Assembly: GCF_041956535.1 (NCBI RefSeq)
Contig: NW_027192191.1
Coordinates: 1,003,443-1,067,442, forward strand
DNA: 64,000 nucleotides
Origin: Calcarisporiella thermophila CBS 279.70
Lineage: Eukaryota; Fungi; Calcarisporiellomycota
Reading direction: 5' to 3'
Of this stretch, positions 12,913-25,373 are shown piece by piece; the first letter of the stretch is position 1, and every line of letters starts with the position of its first letter. Under the pieces are notes generated by a model. It was not told the origin of the DNA. It did not search any database and saw nothing but the letters and a program-made list of their open reading frames with translations. The translations under genes and the position numbers were made by a program.

Positions 12913-14374
12913 ATGGTGAATGAAAATTCTTTGGAATCGAAATTGCACTATATGCGAAATTGTCAAAAGCAAGAAAGCACAATTCACCATGAAGAAGGGG
13001 TGAGTAGCACATTACGATTTGTATAATCTCTCAGTTTGCATGAGCATGAGATTGCAAGTACCCATATATTAGTGGGAGGGGGGTTAAACTTGGTTTTTAG
13101 TGAGAATAAGTCTTGAGAGAAGGAGGTGAATTTTAGTATTCTAATCCAGTATATCTAAACTTTTTTTCGGCCTCTGAATATTAGAAACTGTTTATCGGGG
13201 GTTTGGACTGGAGCTCCACAGATGGTATTAGCGAAAAAGCAAATATTTATATCAGTTGAACAGATAATAAGATTTCGTCTGGTTAATAGAGTCGCTGAGG
13301 AACTACTTTTCAAAGTTTGGAGAGGTAAAAGAAGCACGCGTAATGAAGTGGTCGACAGGAGTATCGCGTGGGTTCGGGTTCGTAGTATTTACGGACCCGT
13401 CCTCGGTTGATGAGGTACTGAAACACGGGCACAATCACATATTGGATGGGAAAGCGGTGAGGACTTTTCTTCAAGTTCCCTCTAGTCTGGCTAATGAATA
13501 ATAACTTTGCATCTTTGGGGGGGGGGGGGGGCAGATTGATCCAAAAAGAGCCATCCCTCGCGAGGAACAAGATAAAATAGAGAAAGTATTTATTGGCGGA
13601 ATTCCCCCCGAGATAACTGATGAGCTCTTTCGCAAATATTTCGCGCGATTTGGAAAAGTACACGACGCAACACTTATGCTGGATCGTGATGGGAAACCGC
13701 GTGGGTTTGGGTTTGTTACCTTTGAAGCGGATGATGGTCCAGAGAGGCTCCTACATAGAAAGGACTTGACAATAAAGGGGAAGCCGGTATGTAGGAAACC
13801 CACCTCACCGCTTCTTTTTCCTGATCCCGGGGCAACTATTAAATAATGTGAAATATTCATTCATCCGGCCTTTTAATTCGGTTAGATTGAGATCAAGAGG
13901 GCCTTTCCTAAGCCGCGCCAGCAGCAGCACCCCCATGTTACAAGCACCCTCAGTCCTTCCTCGGCCACTGCCTGCCCTAATCCTCCGACTAAAGCCCAAG
14001 AGATGAAATTCACCTCCTCCTCTTATCCTCCCGCAATACTGCCACTTCATACGCATCCATATCCGCCCTATCCTTCCGGGACTAACAATTACTCTCTGCA
14101 GCAACAGCAATTGCCGCACCAATCTCCACCCATGATACAGCCAGTGCCCTCGGTACAGCAGCAAAATCCATGGCCCTTGGTCGCCCCTCTACCCGGATTC
14201 TGTGCACCTATTGCATTGCCAGTTGATTGTTCGCAATTCTACGGATTGGGCTATGTAGCTGGTTTTGGAGCTCAAACAGGTAGCAGAGAACAACATGTGC
14301 AGCATGTTAGCACAGCACCAGCCGGCTTCGGGATATTGAACCCAGTTCCAAACTATAATCAGTATGTTGAATAG
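12913..14374 (+). CDS. Tandem-RRM RNA-binding protein, Hrp1/Musashi family, with a Pro/Gln-rich C-terminus
   Basis: EEG|KLFIGGLDW (RNP2), SRGFGFVVF (RNP1), linker IDPKRAIPREEQDK, KVFIGGI, KPRGFGFVTF, IEIKRA. Four GT-AG introns. Confidence 0.88.
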
Positions 14375-14642
14375 GTGAAAAAGAGCAAATATCTGGAGTG
14401 AATTGCTTTTTTCATGCTATTTCATGTATAATTTTGTATATTCAATTCACTATCTTATTTTATATTTCTTGTTGTTCCTTTTTTTATATATAGGAGCGCA
14501 TAAGAAATTGAATATTCCCTTCAGCTACCATTTTTTGCTAAATACAGTCCATTGTAAAATTATAAAGAAATTTACAAACCCAGGAGGATAATGGATGTCT
14601 ACTACTGTACAAGAAGATATCAAACTCCGCATCCCTAAAATA

Positions 14643-16324
14643 TTACTGGACCGGTACTCTTCGATACCAAAAGTGCTGTTTGATTTCCCATACCTGACCG
14701 ACCAAGCATCAAGAGACGTGTTTTAATATCACACCAGTGTAATTTGAAAATGTGAAATGGTTTTACCGTGAATCTATCCAAAGGGTCTGCCCTTAGCATC
14801 CCATACCGAATGAGATCAATTGCTTGAATCGAGGCCTGGGGATTGCAAAATTGTATATGATTTACCTATACCAGAATGCGGGTTAGAAGCCTTGAAAGAC
14901 GAGTGAAAATGCAAATCCACTTGCTTGCGCTAATCGGTTGAGATAGCTGACTAAATTTGGGTAAAATGGATATCGTCCTTGAAGCATAGTGTAAAGACAT
15001 ACACCTAGAGACCAAACGTCGGCCGCGTAGCCATCGTATTCCCGAAACTATTAAAAAGAAAAAAAAAAGAGTGAAAGGATGGGTAAGCACAAGTCTAAAT
15101 CATCGGGAAAATTCTATTGTACCAGTAAAATTTCTGGTGCAACATATTCAGGGGATCTAGAAATAAAATAAATATTTTAAATTGACTCGCAACACTTTGT
15201 GGAAAACAATGAAGCCAGTTACCCGCAGACACCATTGCACAACTCGTCATCGAGTTGATACGTAGCAAAGCCAAAATCTCCCAACTTAACGTTGAAATCC
15301 TTGTCCACTAAAACGTTTTCTAGTTTGATATCTCTATGACTTTTTAGGAAAGAATCGCCTCTTAGTTAAGCTTGGCTTCCGTTGTAGCTGATGTATATTA
15401 AAGTCACCATATATTGTGCATATGAATGTACTCGACTGCTGACAGCAGCTGGCGAAATATCCTCTATACGAGATTCTCTCCCATTTGACCCATCTGGGCA
15501 AGCATCTTGAATATTTCGCCACCCTCATAGTAGTCCATCACAATATTCCTAGAGTTGGAACATTAGCTTGATACAAGAATGATAGCTAAAGCTCTGGTGA
15601 ATGTATTTACGTGCTGAATAGCATTCTATGAACGGCCACCACTTTTACAATATTATCATGTTGCTGCAGAGTACGCACCATCGCCACTTGTCGTTCGAGG
15701 TCGTTGCGTTTTGCCGCAGTGAGGGTGAAAATCGATTTTATTGCGAACACTCTCCCAGCAGTGGCGGGATGAGTGGAGAGATATACAGTACCTAGAACAC
15801 AAGATATTTATAGAAAGTAAGGATTTTTTTTCTCTTCGCATGCATAATGCTAGTGATTGAAGTTATTGTAGCTCACCCTCACTCCCTTTCCCAACTTGGC
15901 GTACCACCGAAAAGTTTGCTACTTTTCCTCTCCAAGTAAACAGAAAGGTTCTCAAAATTTTGCGGATGAATCGCTTTCCACGCAGCAGTGAACGCGCAAC
16001 TTGATAGGCAAATGTCCATGGAGGAGATCTATTTCCCATTTGTGGGGGAGAGGAGTAAGGACGCATGAAAGGAGATTTTGCATTTGCGGACACACTGCAA
16101 TAGGGGCTTGATGTCACCAAGTTGAAATGGCTATTTCTTGAGAGAACACCTGTCCTGTTTTGTTCTATTAGAAGAGTCACTGTTATGAATGTGAAGTTGG
16201 GTGGGGGAAGGGGAATGGTGAGAGGAGTTCGAGATTTTGCAGGTGGCCAAAGTAAAGTATATTAACAGTCAGCTCTTTTTGAAATTGGGGAGTGACTGCC
16301 AGATATAGGTTTCAATTGTTCCAT
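14643..16324 (-). CDS. CAMKL (SNF1/MARK-related) Ser/Thr kinase interrupted by one in-frame TAG at 15464-15466. The start is either 16324 (via an intron) or 16066
   Basis: Spliced translation: [99 protein letters not shown]…EIKQHFW. All introns are GT-AG. Confidence 0.85.
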
Positions 16325-16656
16325 ATATTGGAAAAAGGAAAGGAGCAGCAATAGGAGTAAAGTACGAGATAATGAACAAGATAAAAAAAAAGGAGAAAAT
16401 GTGCTCAAACATATGAAGGAGAATGAGCTCAATTAATGAAAATAGCAATAGTTATAGTTATAGCAATAAAGATTTTGAGCTGAATGTAGTAGACAAAGCC
16501 TGGAGAAATAAAGAGAAAAATGTACAGTAGGCCACGATCAAGTTTCCCATAAATATAGAAATAAAATAATAAATATGTATATAAAGAGGGGGATAATAAT
16601 CAAAAGGTGATCAAGTCCAGGTTTTCATGGGTAAAAAACCAAAAAAAAAAACCAAT

Positions 16657-18848
16657 TTACTGAGAGTTTGCTTCCAAAAATAAGTCTTTCGGGTCAACGG
16701 TTATTTCTTCAGTGAAGTGGACCCCATCCATGATCGAAGCGCCCAACAGCGACTCCGCCGATTTCTGTGCCAAAAATTCCTCCACTTTTTGTTGTAAGCT
16801 GATGACTTGTTGGAGTCCTGTGCACAAACATATGCGAAGAATGTCTAGCGTTTTGTTAAGGTATATGAATGTCCTCTGAAGCTCGTCGGCGTCGGTTGTG
16901 ATCATGAGAACATTGGAGTGTACATAAAAGGAGAGCTGGAGAGCATCAAAAAATCCCATCAATCTTTCAAAAGTGTAGACCCGCGTTAACTAATGAACAT
17001 AAAAAAAGGGAGGGTTATATAAACGAGAAGCCTACCGGCAAAAGTCATGGGCCTCGGTCATTCGAGCAATCAGATCCACGATCATGTTTGCCGAATCGAT
17101 GCACACGTCATATGCGTGCCGCTCGAAATCGGACCACTGCGTGTTCAAAGACAACTTGCTGAAAATCGTTTTATACACCTGTATCAAAAACATATGGGCA
17201 CTCGACTGGGACTCGACAATATACCCTAGATAAGGACTCGGCACATTCTGCTGCAAAACATTGATACGGATACGAGCGGGCAACATGGATGTAATCACGT
17301 CGCGAATGATAGCCTCCATCTGTAGTATCGATTCCTCCACGTTTACAGGGCTCTTGCGGACCTGCTTGAAATCGTAGAGCTTCTTAATCACTCGCGCTGC
17401 GACGGTGATGAAATCAATTACAAAATTGTCGAGTTCACTTTGCCCCGGGCGTTTCTTCGGTTCACTATGGGAGTCGAGTGGGTCGAGATAAGAAACCAAA
17501 CCGGTACTCATGACGGCCTTGCAATATTCCAAGTAAGAGACACCCCATCTTAGGCGGTTGAATCGCTCGGCCACCAAAGGATCGCGGAGCATTTCAGCAT
17601 GGTGCATAGGAATAATATTGACCATTTGGCGCGCGAGTTCCAAGTAAAATGGATCCTCCTTATCGAACAGACGAAAGAGATAAAGATTAACCAAACCATG
17701 AAGAGTGTCAAGCGAAGGGTCATCGAAGCGATCTTCCTGTAAATGCCGCAGATTTAGTCAGAGACAAAGAGCTTCCAACAGGAATAGCGCAGGATATTAA
17801 AAAGACGTCATGTATACCAGTAGTTCCCTGGCTCTGTTGAAGGCAGCCTCCGCCACCAAGGGTAAAAGGTCGTGGTTGAGAAGTTTGGGATGATGGTGGT
17901 GGAAGTAGGCGTGTTGTGCCGCGTACGCTAGAACTGAATATTGGACGAGAGGATCAAGTTTGTTTCTGACAAATTTCTTGTAGAAGTGGAGAGGATCTGG
18001 ATCGCGATAAAGCATGCAGCATCGTAAGTATATGCGCACTAGGTCGTTCAAGATGGCCGGTGAAAAAAGGGAATCGATCTCTCTGTGCAATGTCTGCGGT
18101 CGGTAGGGTTGCATAGAGCTATTAGCCACGGTTGCAATCGACATCATACCAAACTGCTTCACAAACGCCACCGGCAATTCTGTGGAATTTTCCTCGCCTC
18201 CACACCACGGACGACAGCGTAAAGGTCCCATGTCACGCGGAACGTGGCGCCGGCCGAGATTGCGTTGTACTAGTGAATAAAGATCGGTTAGGTTGAGGAT
18301 GTTTGTCTGGATTCGTATACCCTCTGGCCGTTGTATTAGCTGCCAATTTGGAGGCAAAGCAAGCCGTAGCTTCTCTCCCATGATCTCTTGTTCAATCTCC
18401 TGAGAATCGATCGGAATGGATTCCCCATTTGTGAGCTGAAGCTGTAAGAGTTTTGGCCGCACGCGTTCCCACCGTTCCTCCATACCCCGAACCCGAGTCC
18501 CAACCTGTCCCAGCCGCTGCGAGAAGCTGTTTATAAATGCCGTCATATCCTCAGCTTCCTCCTCTTGCACATAGACACACTGAGCCTTTGCTTTTTTGCA
18601 GCGAACACAGACAGGGCGGCCCATTTCGCATCGTACCTTATTGTTAGTAGCAAAGGTATAAGTTTCTCCTGCTAGTGGATGGGCCAAATAATTTATAGAA
18701 GAGAAACCTTTTTCTCTCGGCATCTTAGACACGATTTTGTGGAAAAAGTGCGATGGGGAGCAGGCAGGTCTCCAGCAGCGTGCCGGGATGATTCTGCAGT
18801 GGATGGTGTTGATGAATTCTCGTCAATGTTCTCCTGATGTGTCTGCAT
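16657..18848 (-). CDS. Zn(II)2Cys6 fungal transcription factor with a fungal-specific middle homology region
   Basis: Spliced CLRCREKK|VRCEMGRPVCVRCKKAKAQCVY binuclear cluster, followed by a coiled coil and helical MHR exons (17797-18732, 17032-17694, 16657-16962). Confidence 0.88.
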
Positions 18849-20609
18849 TTTTGCATTTCAGCATGACTAGCGTGTAAGAGAGCAAGTTTATCGGGCGGTA
18901 AAAATTTTATTACTTTTTTTAAAGACCCCGTAGCGGGGAACACAGGGAAAAAAAGGAAGTGGGATTACTAACCTACAAGCGCGAAATCCTAAAACCCTGC
19001 TCGATGCGTTGTATCGATTACGGATGATATTGCCTGTTTGTTTTTTGTTTTTCTTATTGCCCTCGATTTCAATGTTGCGTGTTAACTGATAGCCATCCCA
19101 GGATTCTAAATCGGCGAGCTAATAACCCTCCGGCCCATTTATGTTCCGTGTAAAGCGCTTGGACCAATATCACACAAACCGAGAATGCACTCCTACCGCA
19201 TCGACCGACAGAAACTCTCCACAGCAACGGGCTAAGCCACCCCTCTGGCATTTTTACATATGATTCCATGAGAATTTCGTAAGGTTCATTGGAGGTCTTT
19301 CATTGACGATTTTTCCGCTTTCCGTGGGATCAAGTTCTCTAAATCAGAATTAATCCTGTGTGCTTGTTAACTACTTAGCCCGCCTGGCTGGGTAAGCTTA
19401 ATAGGCGATCCAGCTTGGAGCGCTTCAGCCATAACATTGTTTAATTAATTGGATGAAAACTATACGGCGGATAGTGTTGAGTGTGGCTTTGGTAGAACGA
19501 ACTAAGAATCTTAGTCCGAGATGCTTTCCCCCCCAAGTGTTCAAATAAGCCGCTTGAAACCACCTAATTTTCAAGACGGAATGCCCAGCCATCGCCTACT
19601 TATTGCGGATTAGATATTAAAGCATATTGGGCCATATTCAGTGCTTCATCAAGTGGAGTTGTCCTTCTTATCTTATTAAGATTACCAAAGCATGAGTGAT
19701 CAGAATCTACTCTACTCATCCCTTTATTACCAGTCCAAAAAAAAAAATTAGCCTCTGGAATATAGGGAGCTATACTGATTACTTGATCACGGACATTGGG
19801 TATATTGTAGCATCCTAGCACCATAAGCACAGGTTGAACACACTGCTCGACAAGGAGGACAAGAGTATGAGAGCACACGGCGACAGATCACCTGAATCAT
19901 TGTAATAACAGGCGGAGGCAATAGTGCCGCCCATGCTTTAAATGTGCAAAGTCGTACTCGGCAAAAGATTTGCTATGCTAATGAGGATGTGAATAAAAAT
20001 AAAATGATCTATTTTCGGCCGCACCGCTTCATTTGATTACGTTAAAAGATGATAAAATAATTCAAAACTTTAGTGGGAAAAAAAAAATAAGATCATTATA
20101 GCTCTTGGTAATCAATTATTGAGCTGGATCATCCCTCTTGGACACTATTGCCTGGAGATTAGCAGTAGAAATCAAACAAGGGCAGGGAGGCTCTGCGTGT
20201 CTATATCTTTTAAAATGGTGCCTTTGATAGCCTAGCCCTCTTTATCATCTACAGCAGCGTGCGTGGGAAGGCAATGATCATCGCTTTGTGAACCATAGTG
20301 ACAGAGAAAAAGTGGGTGAACCTTATCTCCTCAAAGTTTATTGTTCTTATGAAATTGCCTGTCGTTGACATCCTATGGCATCTTATACCTTCTAATTTAA
20401 AATCCCCCTTATATAAGAGCCTGCGAACTTGCTCTCCTCTCTCTCTACGTTTATTTTTGGACTTTGGCCCTACCTTATTATTATCGATACATTTATTTAC
20501 GAGTATTTAATTGGGAACTCGTTGGTAAACGAGAGATTTTTTTATCACCTTCAACCGACTCTATATTATCCTTTCATTATTTTATTTGTATATTCAAAGA
20601 GAAAAAACC

Positions 20610-21392
20610 ATGAGGCTCATATACGCTATTATACTCTTTGCCATTAGCGCAATGGCCCAAGACAACGGGCAGCCGGCTGCGAAAGAGGACGCGGCAGTAG
20701 TGACCGTGACCAGGACGATTACCGAGTTTACTACGCTTATGGAAACCCCCCCCGCCACCACAGACATAAACACCACCCCCGACACTAATGAGGGAGACGA
20801 CACCAACAATACCGACCCGGAAACTACCCCCACCACGACTACTGAGATACTCGACACCCCCACTACGACGGAAACCACGTCGGAAACCACATCGGACACC
20901 ACCCCCACCCCTACGCCTGGCGCGGACATCGATAAACTGTTTGACGAGCAGATAGAACAAGTACATAAGCTCGCCACCGGCAGCGACGCCCAGACGCTGA
21001 TCGACAAGATCGAGGAAGCTCGTGGGTTGGTGCGCAAAAGGCTATCACAGCGATGCAAAAAGCTCAAGTGTAAGTTACATTGCAAGAGCAGGCACAAGAA
21101 GAAACAAAAGCACGGCAAGCAGCACTCTAAACGAACGCACAAAGGGAAGGATTGCAAACACCATAAGAAAGATAGAAAGGAGCAATGCAAATGCCAATGT
21201 CAATGCTTGGACGATGAGGACGCTTTTACTACCCAAGCGACGGACTCGACTACAACTGTTGAACCTACTCCCACCCCCACCGATGACACCGGGGAGGTTG
21301 GGGTTGACCAGGTAAATACTACATCCACCTCCTCCACCACCACCACCACTACGAGTACCAAATCGCATGGAATACCAAAGACAGACTCATAA
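20610..21392 (+). CDS. Secreted, intronless protein: signal peptide, acidic Thr-rich region, helical segment, cationic Cys/His/Lys domain and Thr-rich tail
   Basis: MRLIYAIILFAISAMA signal peptide and a 260-codon ORF with strong compositional modules. Confidence 0.8.
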   Translation: MRLIYAIILFAISAMAQDNGQPAAKEDAAVVTVTRTITEFTTLMETPPATTDINTTPDTNEGDDTNNTDPETTPTTTTEILDTPTTTETTSETTSDTTPTPTPGADIDKLFDEQIEQVHKLATGSDAQTLIDKIEEARGLVRKRLSQRCKKLKCKLHCKSRHKKKQKHGKQHSKRTHKGKDCKHHKKDRKEQCKCQCQCLDDEDAFTTQATDSTTTVEPTPTPTDDTGEVGVDQVNTTSTSSTTTTTTSTKSHGIPKTDS

Positions 21393-21917
21393 ACCAACAA
21401 GTGATACATGCCCGCTCCTCTGGACTCAACCCACTCCCACTCTAACTCTTCCCCAGCAGGGCCTATTTTATCCAAACTCTGTGGCTACTTCAACCTTTGT
21501 TTTGTTTTCTTAAGAACGTTTTCCTTCCTCTCTTCTTTATATCAACCCTCCTAGATATTCTTCACTAGCTGTCTTTTTTTTGCCTCTTGTTTTTTTTTTG
21601 TTGCGCTTTCACTTTATCCATAGCCTTAAGTTATTGTCTTATAAATAAAGTCTATTGAGAAGCCTTTATTAACGCTCTGTTCCAGTAAAGAACTGGGAAG
21701 TAAGGAGCGAGGGTGGGTCATGTAGGATATCGCTATTCCGTGGGCTCATGGGGGTGGAATAGAATGGAAATACACGTAATGCGTGACGGCCAGCTGATGC
21801 GTCATCAGTGGCAAGAAATTTGGGTCGCGTATTTTGATATAGCTCGTTGTTATTGCTGTTTAGCTTGGTATTGTTTTTTTCTGTGAGAACGAGACTGTAC
21901 TTGGGAGATCGATCGTC

Positions 21918-24226
21918 ATGCCGCCTATTCGAGTGCACGTTAAATGGAGTGGTAGAAAGTTTGAGGACATTGAGCTGAGTATGTATTTTTCTCTCCTTTT
22001 CGCGGAAACGATCGCAATTCAGAGAACCCCGAAAGAATATGCATTAATTTTTTTTGGTTCGAGTCACCGTGAATTAATTCTCATCCTCTGCTGGATAATA
22101 GATACCGACGAACCCGCATCGCTGTTCAAGATGCAGCTCTTCTCTCTCACGGGGGTTGCGCCAGAACGGCAGAAGATTATGATCAAGGGAGGCATGCTCA
22201 AGGTAATGACACTTTTAATTAATCGGTTGAGGAGGCGGAATGTTAAATTGAATACATCGCCATCTTCAACAGGATGATACTGACATGTCGAAGTTGAATG
22301 TGAAAGACGTACGTAGTTCTCGACTTATTTTTTTAATCGGAATGACTTGATTGACCTATTTCCATTTTTATATCCTTAGGGCCATACGTTTATGGTGAGT
22401 GGAATTCTTTGCGAGCGTAGGTTAAGTGGAATGAGATATATTTTACGCATCTTTCCCGTAGATGATGGGAACTGCAGGGGAGCTTTTAAAGGAGCCTGTA
22501 GACAAGCCCGTTTTCATGGAAGACATGTCGGAATCACAGGTGAACCAAGCGGTAAGGAGTTTTTCGTCAGTCCTCATCCATTGTTCGCCCGCCATTAACC
22601 GTGCTATTTTCTCACAGCTCAATATTCCGGTTGGCTTACAAAATCTTGGAAATACATGTTATATGGTGAGTGGATAGAATTATTTGATGATCAATGGTGA
22701 ACACAACTCAGATACGCACTCGATAGAATGCGACGCTACAATGCCTGCGTGCCATGCCTGAGCTACAGGCCAACCTTAAAGAGTAAATAGCTTACACTCC
22801 GGCTTTGTCTTTGACACCCATTAAATCTCACTTTTTGCATGGCACCATGAAAGATACCAAGGGGCGATCTCTGGCATGGATCATCGCGGTGCCCTTACAG
22901 CCTCACTGCGTGATTTATTTAATCAGATGGGCGAGTACGGAGAAGGCTTTCCGCCTCTAGTTTTCCTTCAAATGCTTCGCCAGGCATTTCCGCAGTTCGC
23001 CCAAATGGGTCAAGGGGGTGTGCCGATGCAGCAGGATGCGGAGGAATGCTGGTCTCAGATCGTGTCCATTCTGAAGGCGAAGCTTCCCGCCCACGATGAG
23101 AAAAATTTCATTGAGAGGTATATGACGGGACAGCTTGTGTCAGCGTGAGTGCATAGAGAAGATGGATTCCCTCACTATGTGAACTTATCAAGCTTGTGTT
23201 CGTTTGGCCGAATAGATTAAAATGTGACGAGGCCCCGGACGAGGAGCCTGTTGTAAATACCGAGGATTTCCTTAAACTCAATTGCCACATTTCGATAAGT
23301 AGGTTTTGTTGCTCTGAAGATGTTCCCCGGTAGATGTTCTGAAGCCCCTTGTGCTTGTTTATTTAGATACGAACATGATGCAGCAAGGAATCATGGAGAG
23401 CTTAGACGAGAAAATTGAAAAAAACTCACCCTCCCTCAATCGCCAGGCCGTGTACACCAAATCCTCCCGTGTCAGTCGGCTCCCCAAGTACCTCACTGTA
23501 CAGTTTATGCGCTTCTTTTGGAAGCCCGAGCAGAGGGTCAAGGCCAAGATTCTGAGAAAGGTGAAGTTCCCCCATGAGCTCGATGCGACGGAGTTTTGCA
23601 CAGAGGAGTTGAAAAAGAAGCTAGTCCCTGTTCGGGATCGGCTACGTGAAGTAGAGAATGAGCGGCTTGCTGCAGAGGTTGCCTAAATTGCGAGTTGACG
23701 GGATAAGCTTCAGTTAATCCAAATACCTTTTTGTTCTTAGCGTGCTAAATCCAAGGCTAAACGGGACCAAGAGGTGCAAGGTCAGTCCGGCGGCGATAGC
23801 ATGGCCATTGATTCGGCAGGCGAAAAGAAAGAGGCGAGCGGCGAGCAAGCGGGCGAAACCTCGGCCAGCACCGACTGGTCTACCGTGGTTGATCCGGAGC
23901 TGGCCGCCGACGCCGGCTGTAATGTGAGCGGACAGTATGAACTCTCCGCGGTGTTGACCCATGTGGGTCGCTCGGCGGACTCAGGCCACTATATTGGATG
24001 GGTACGCAAGGAGGGCACGAGTAAGTATTCATTTGCCTGTTGGGCCCCTTTCACTCCATGTCCGACTCGCTCACCCCACTGTCTCCTCTCTTTTCCAGAA
24101 GAATGGTGGAAATTCGATGACGACAAAGTCAGTCAGGTCAAGCCGGAGGACATCCTTAAACTCGAAGGTGGCGGCGACTGGCACACCGCCTACATTCTCC
24201 TGTACTCCGAAAAGAAGCTGGAGTGA
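21918..24226 (+). CDS. UBP6: Proteasome-associated deubiquitinase Ubp6/USP14, multi-exon
   Basis: N-terminal UBL (VHVKWSG…LFSLTGVAPERQKIMIKGG), Cys box GLQNLGNTCYM, QQDAEECW, His box THVGRSADSGHY, LEGGGDWHTAY. Confidence 0.95.
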
Positions 24227-25373
24227 CCATGAACCCTCGCGTTTCCCTTCCAACACCGCCCCATTATTATTATTATTCAACCCTAAAGTGGTCTTAAATC
24301 ATCTTCTTTTCCTCTTGCCCCCCTCCCCCCCCTTCCCCTCACCCCCTTCTGCTGTTTACTTTGCATTCAATAAAAGTAAATCCACCAACCTACAGCCAGA
24401 CGCATCCATCCAGGGGATGCCTGAGTAGGCTAATTCTGTCTTCGGACACTTTTTGCCGATTTTGCTAAATTGCATGCTGCTGCGCGTGCCGTGAAAAAAC
24501 GAAGAAAAAAAATTCCGAAGAATTGCAAAACACACTAACCGTTTGTTTTCTCGCTTGTACCCCCGACGATCCCCGCATCGTATGCGCTCCAGCTATGCCG
24601 ATCCTTCCCCCACTTGCAGGGAAAATGGAAGCGCACATAGCCCACGCCTGCCTAACCATTGGAGCCGACACGGGCGGCGGCGAATCCCATACCTTGTGCG
24701 CTGGACGAAGGATTTCACCAGCAGCGATTTGCCCAATGCCGTCCCCCCATGCCCATGCTATATCTGGACCGGCGCCACGGCTGGTTAAGTATCCGCCTGT
24801 ATCGGAATTAAAGGGAATCTGCATCGAACAACCGTCGTGCTATTATCAATAGCATTACGAAATTAGGAGGGAGGAGGAAATTCTTCGCATTTTTCCCCCT
24901 CCCTTTCTTTTTCGGGCAGTGAGGGATGCTCCGGATTTGAGATCCTCTCCTCAAAGCTCCCCTCCCCTCTACTCTTGGACCTCTTTCCACCTTAGCTTCT
25001 CCCCTCTCTTCTCGAGGTCTTCCTTCTCCACTTCCATTCCGTTCTTTCTCTACTTTGTTTCCAGAGCGCCATTCTTGGTTTCTTAATAGTTGGGTGAATA
25101 TTGATTTCTTCCCTCCTTTTCTCCCGCTCTCCCTCCGGGTAGGTGCTTCTCTCCCCCCTCTCTCCCCCCCTTCTGTCTGTCTTTCTTTCTTTCTTTCTTT
25201 CGAGTGAAGCACCCCTCCATCCAACTCAACCTAACCTTGGCCCCACCCCTCTCTTTTTATTTTTGAAGAGGATCAATATATGGTTTATTGTCCACCACCG
25301 TTGCCGCGTAATCCTATCTCTGCATCCCCCTCTTGCCGCTTATTGACGACCCCTCAACCTTTTCAATTTGGAT

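Noticed and set aside
15464-15466. Genome-wide TAG reassignment as the explanation for the kinase stop
   Set aside because: EMP24 (conserved …EVKRMV end), BCD1, the RRM gene and the cyclin all terminate at TAG. I saw no other internal TAG in the exons I translated.
15464-15469. GTATAG as a 6-nt micro-intron removing the stop
   Set aside because: Far too short for spliceosomal splicing. Other introns in the window are roughly 55-160 nt.
19600-19935. Small minus-strand ORFs between the TF and the secreted-protein gene
   Set aside because: No recognisable motif or consistent splice model.
24465-25346. Several overlapping ORFs upstream of the cyclin gene
   Set aside because: GC- and CT-rich promoter/leader sequence giving low-complexity translations.
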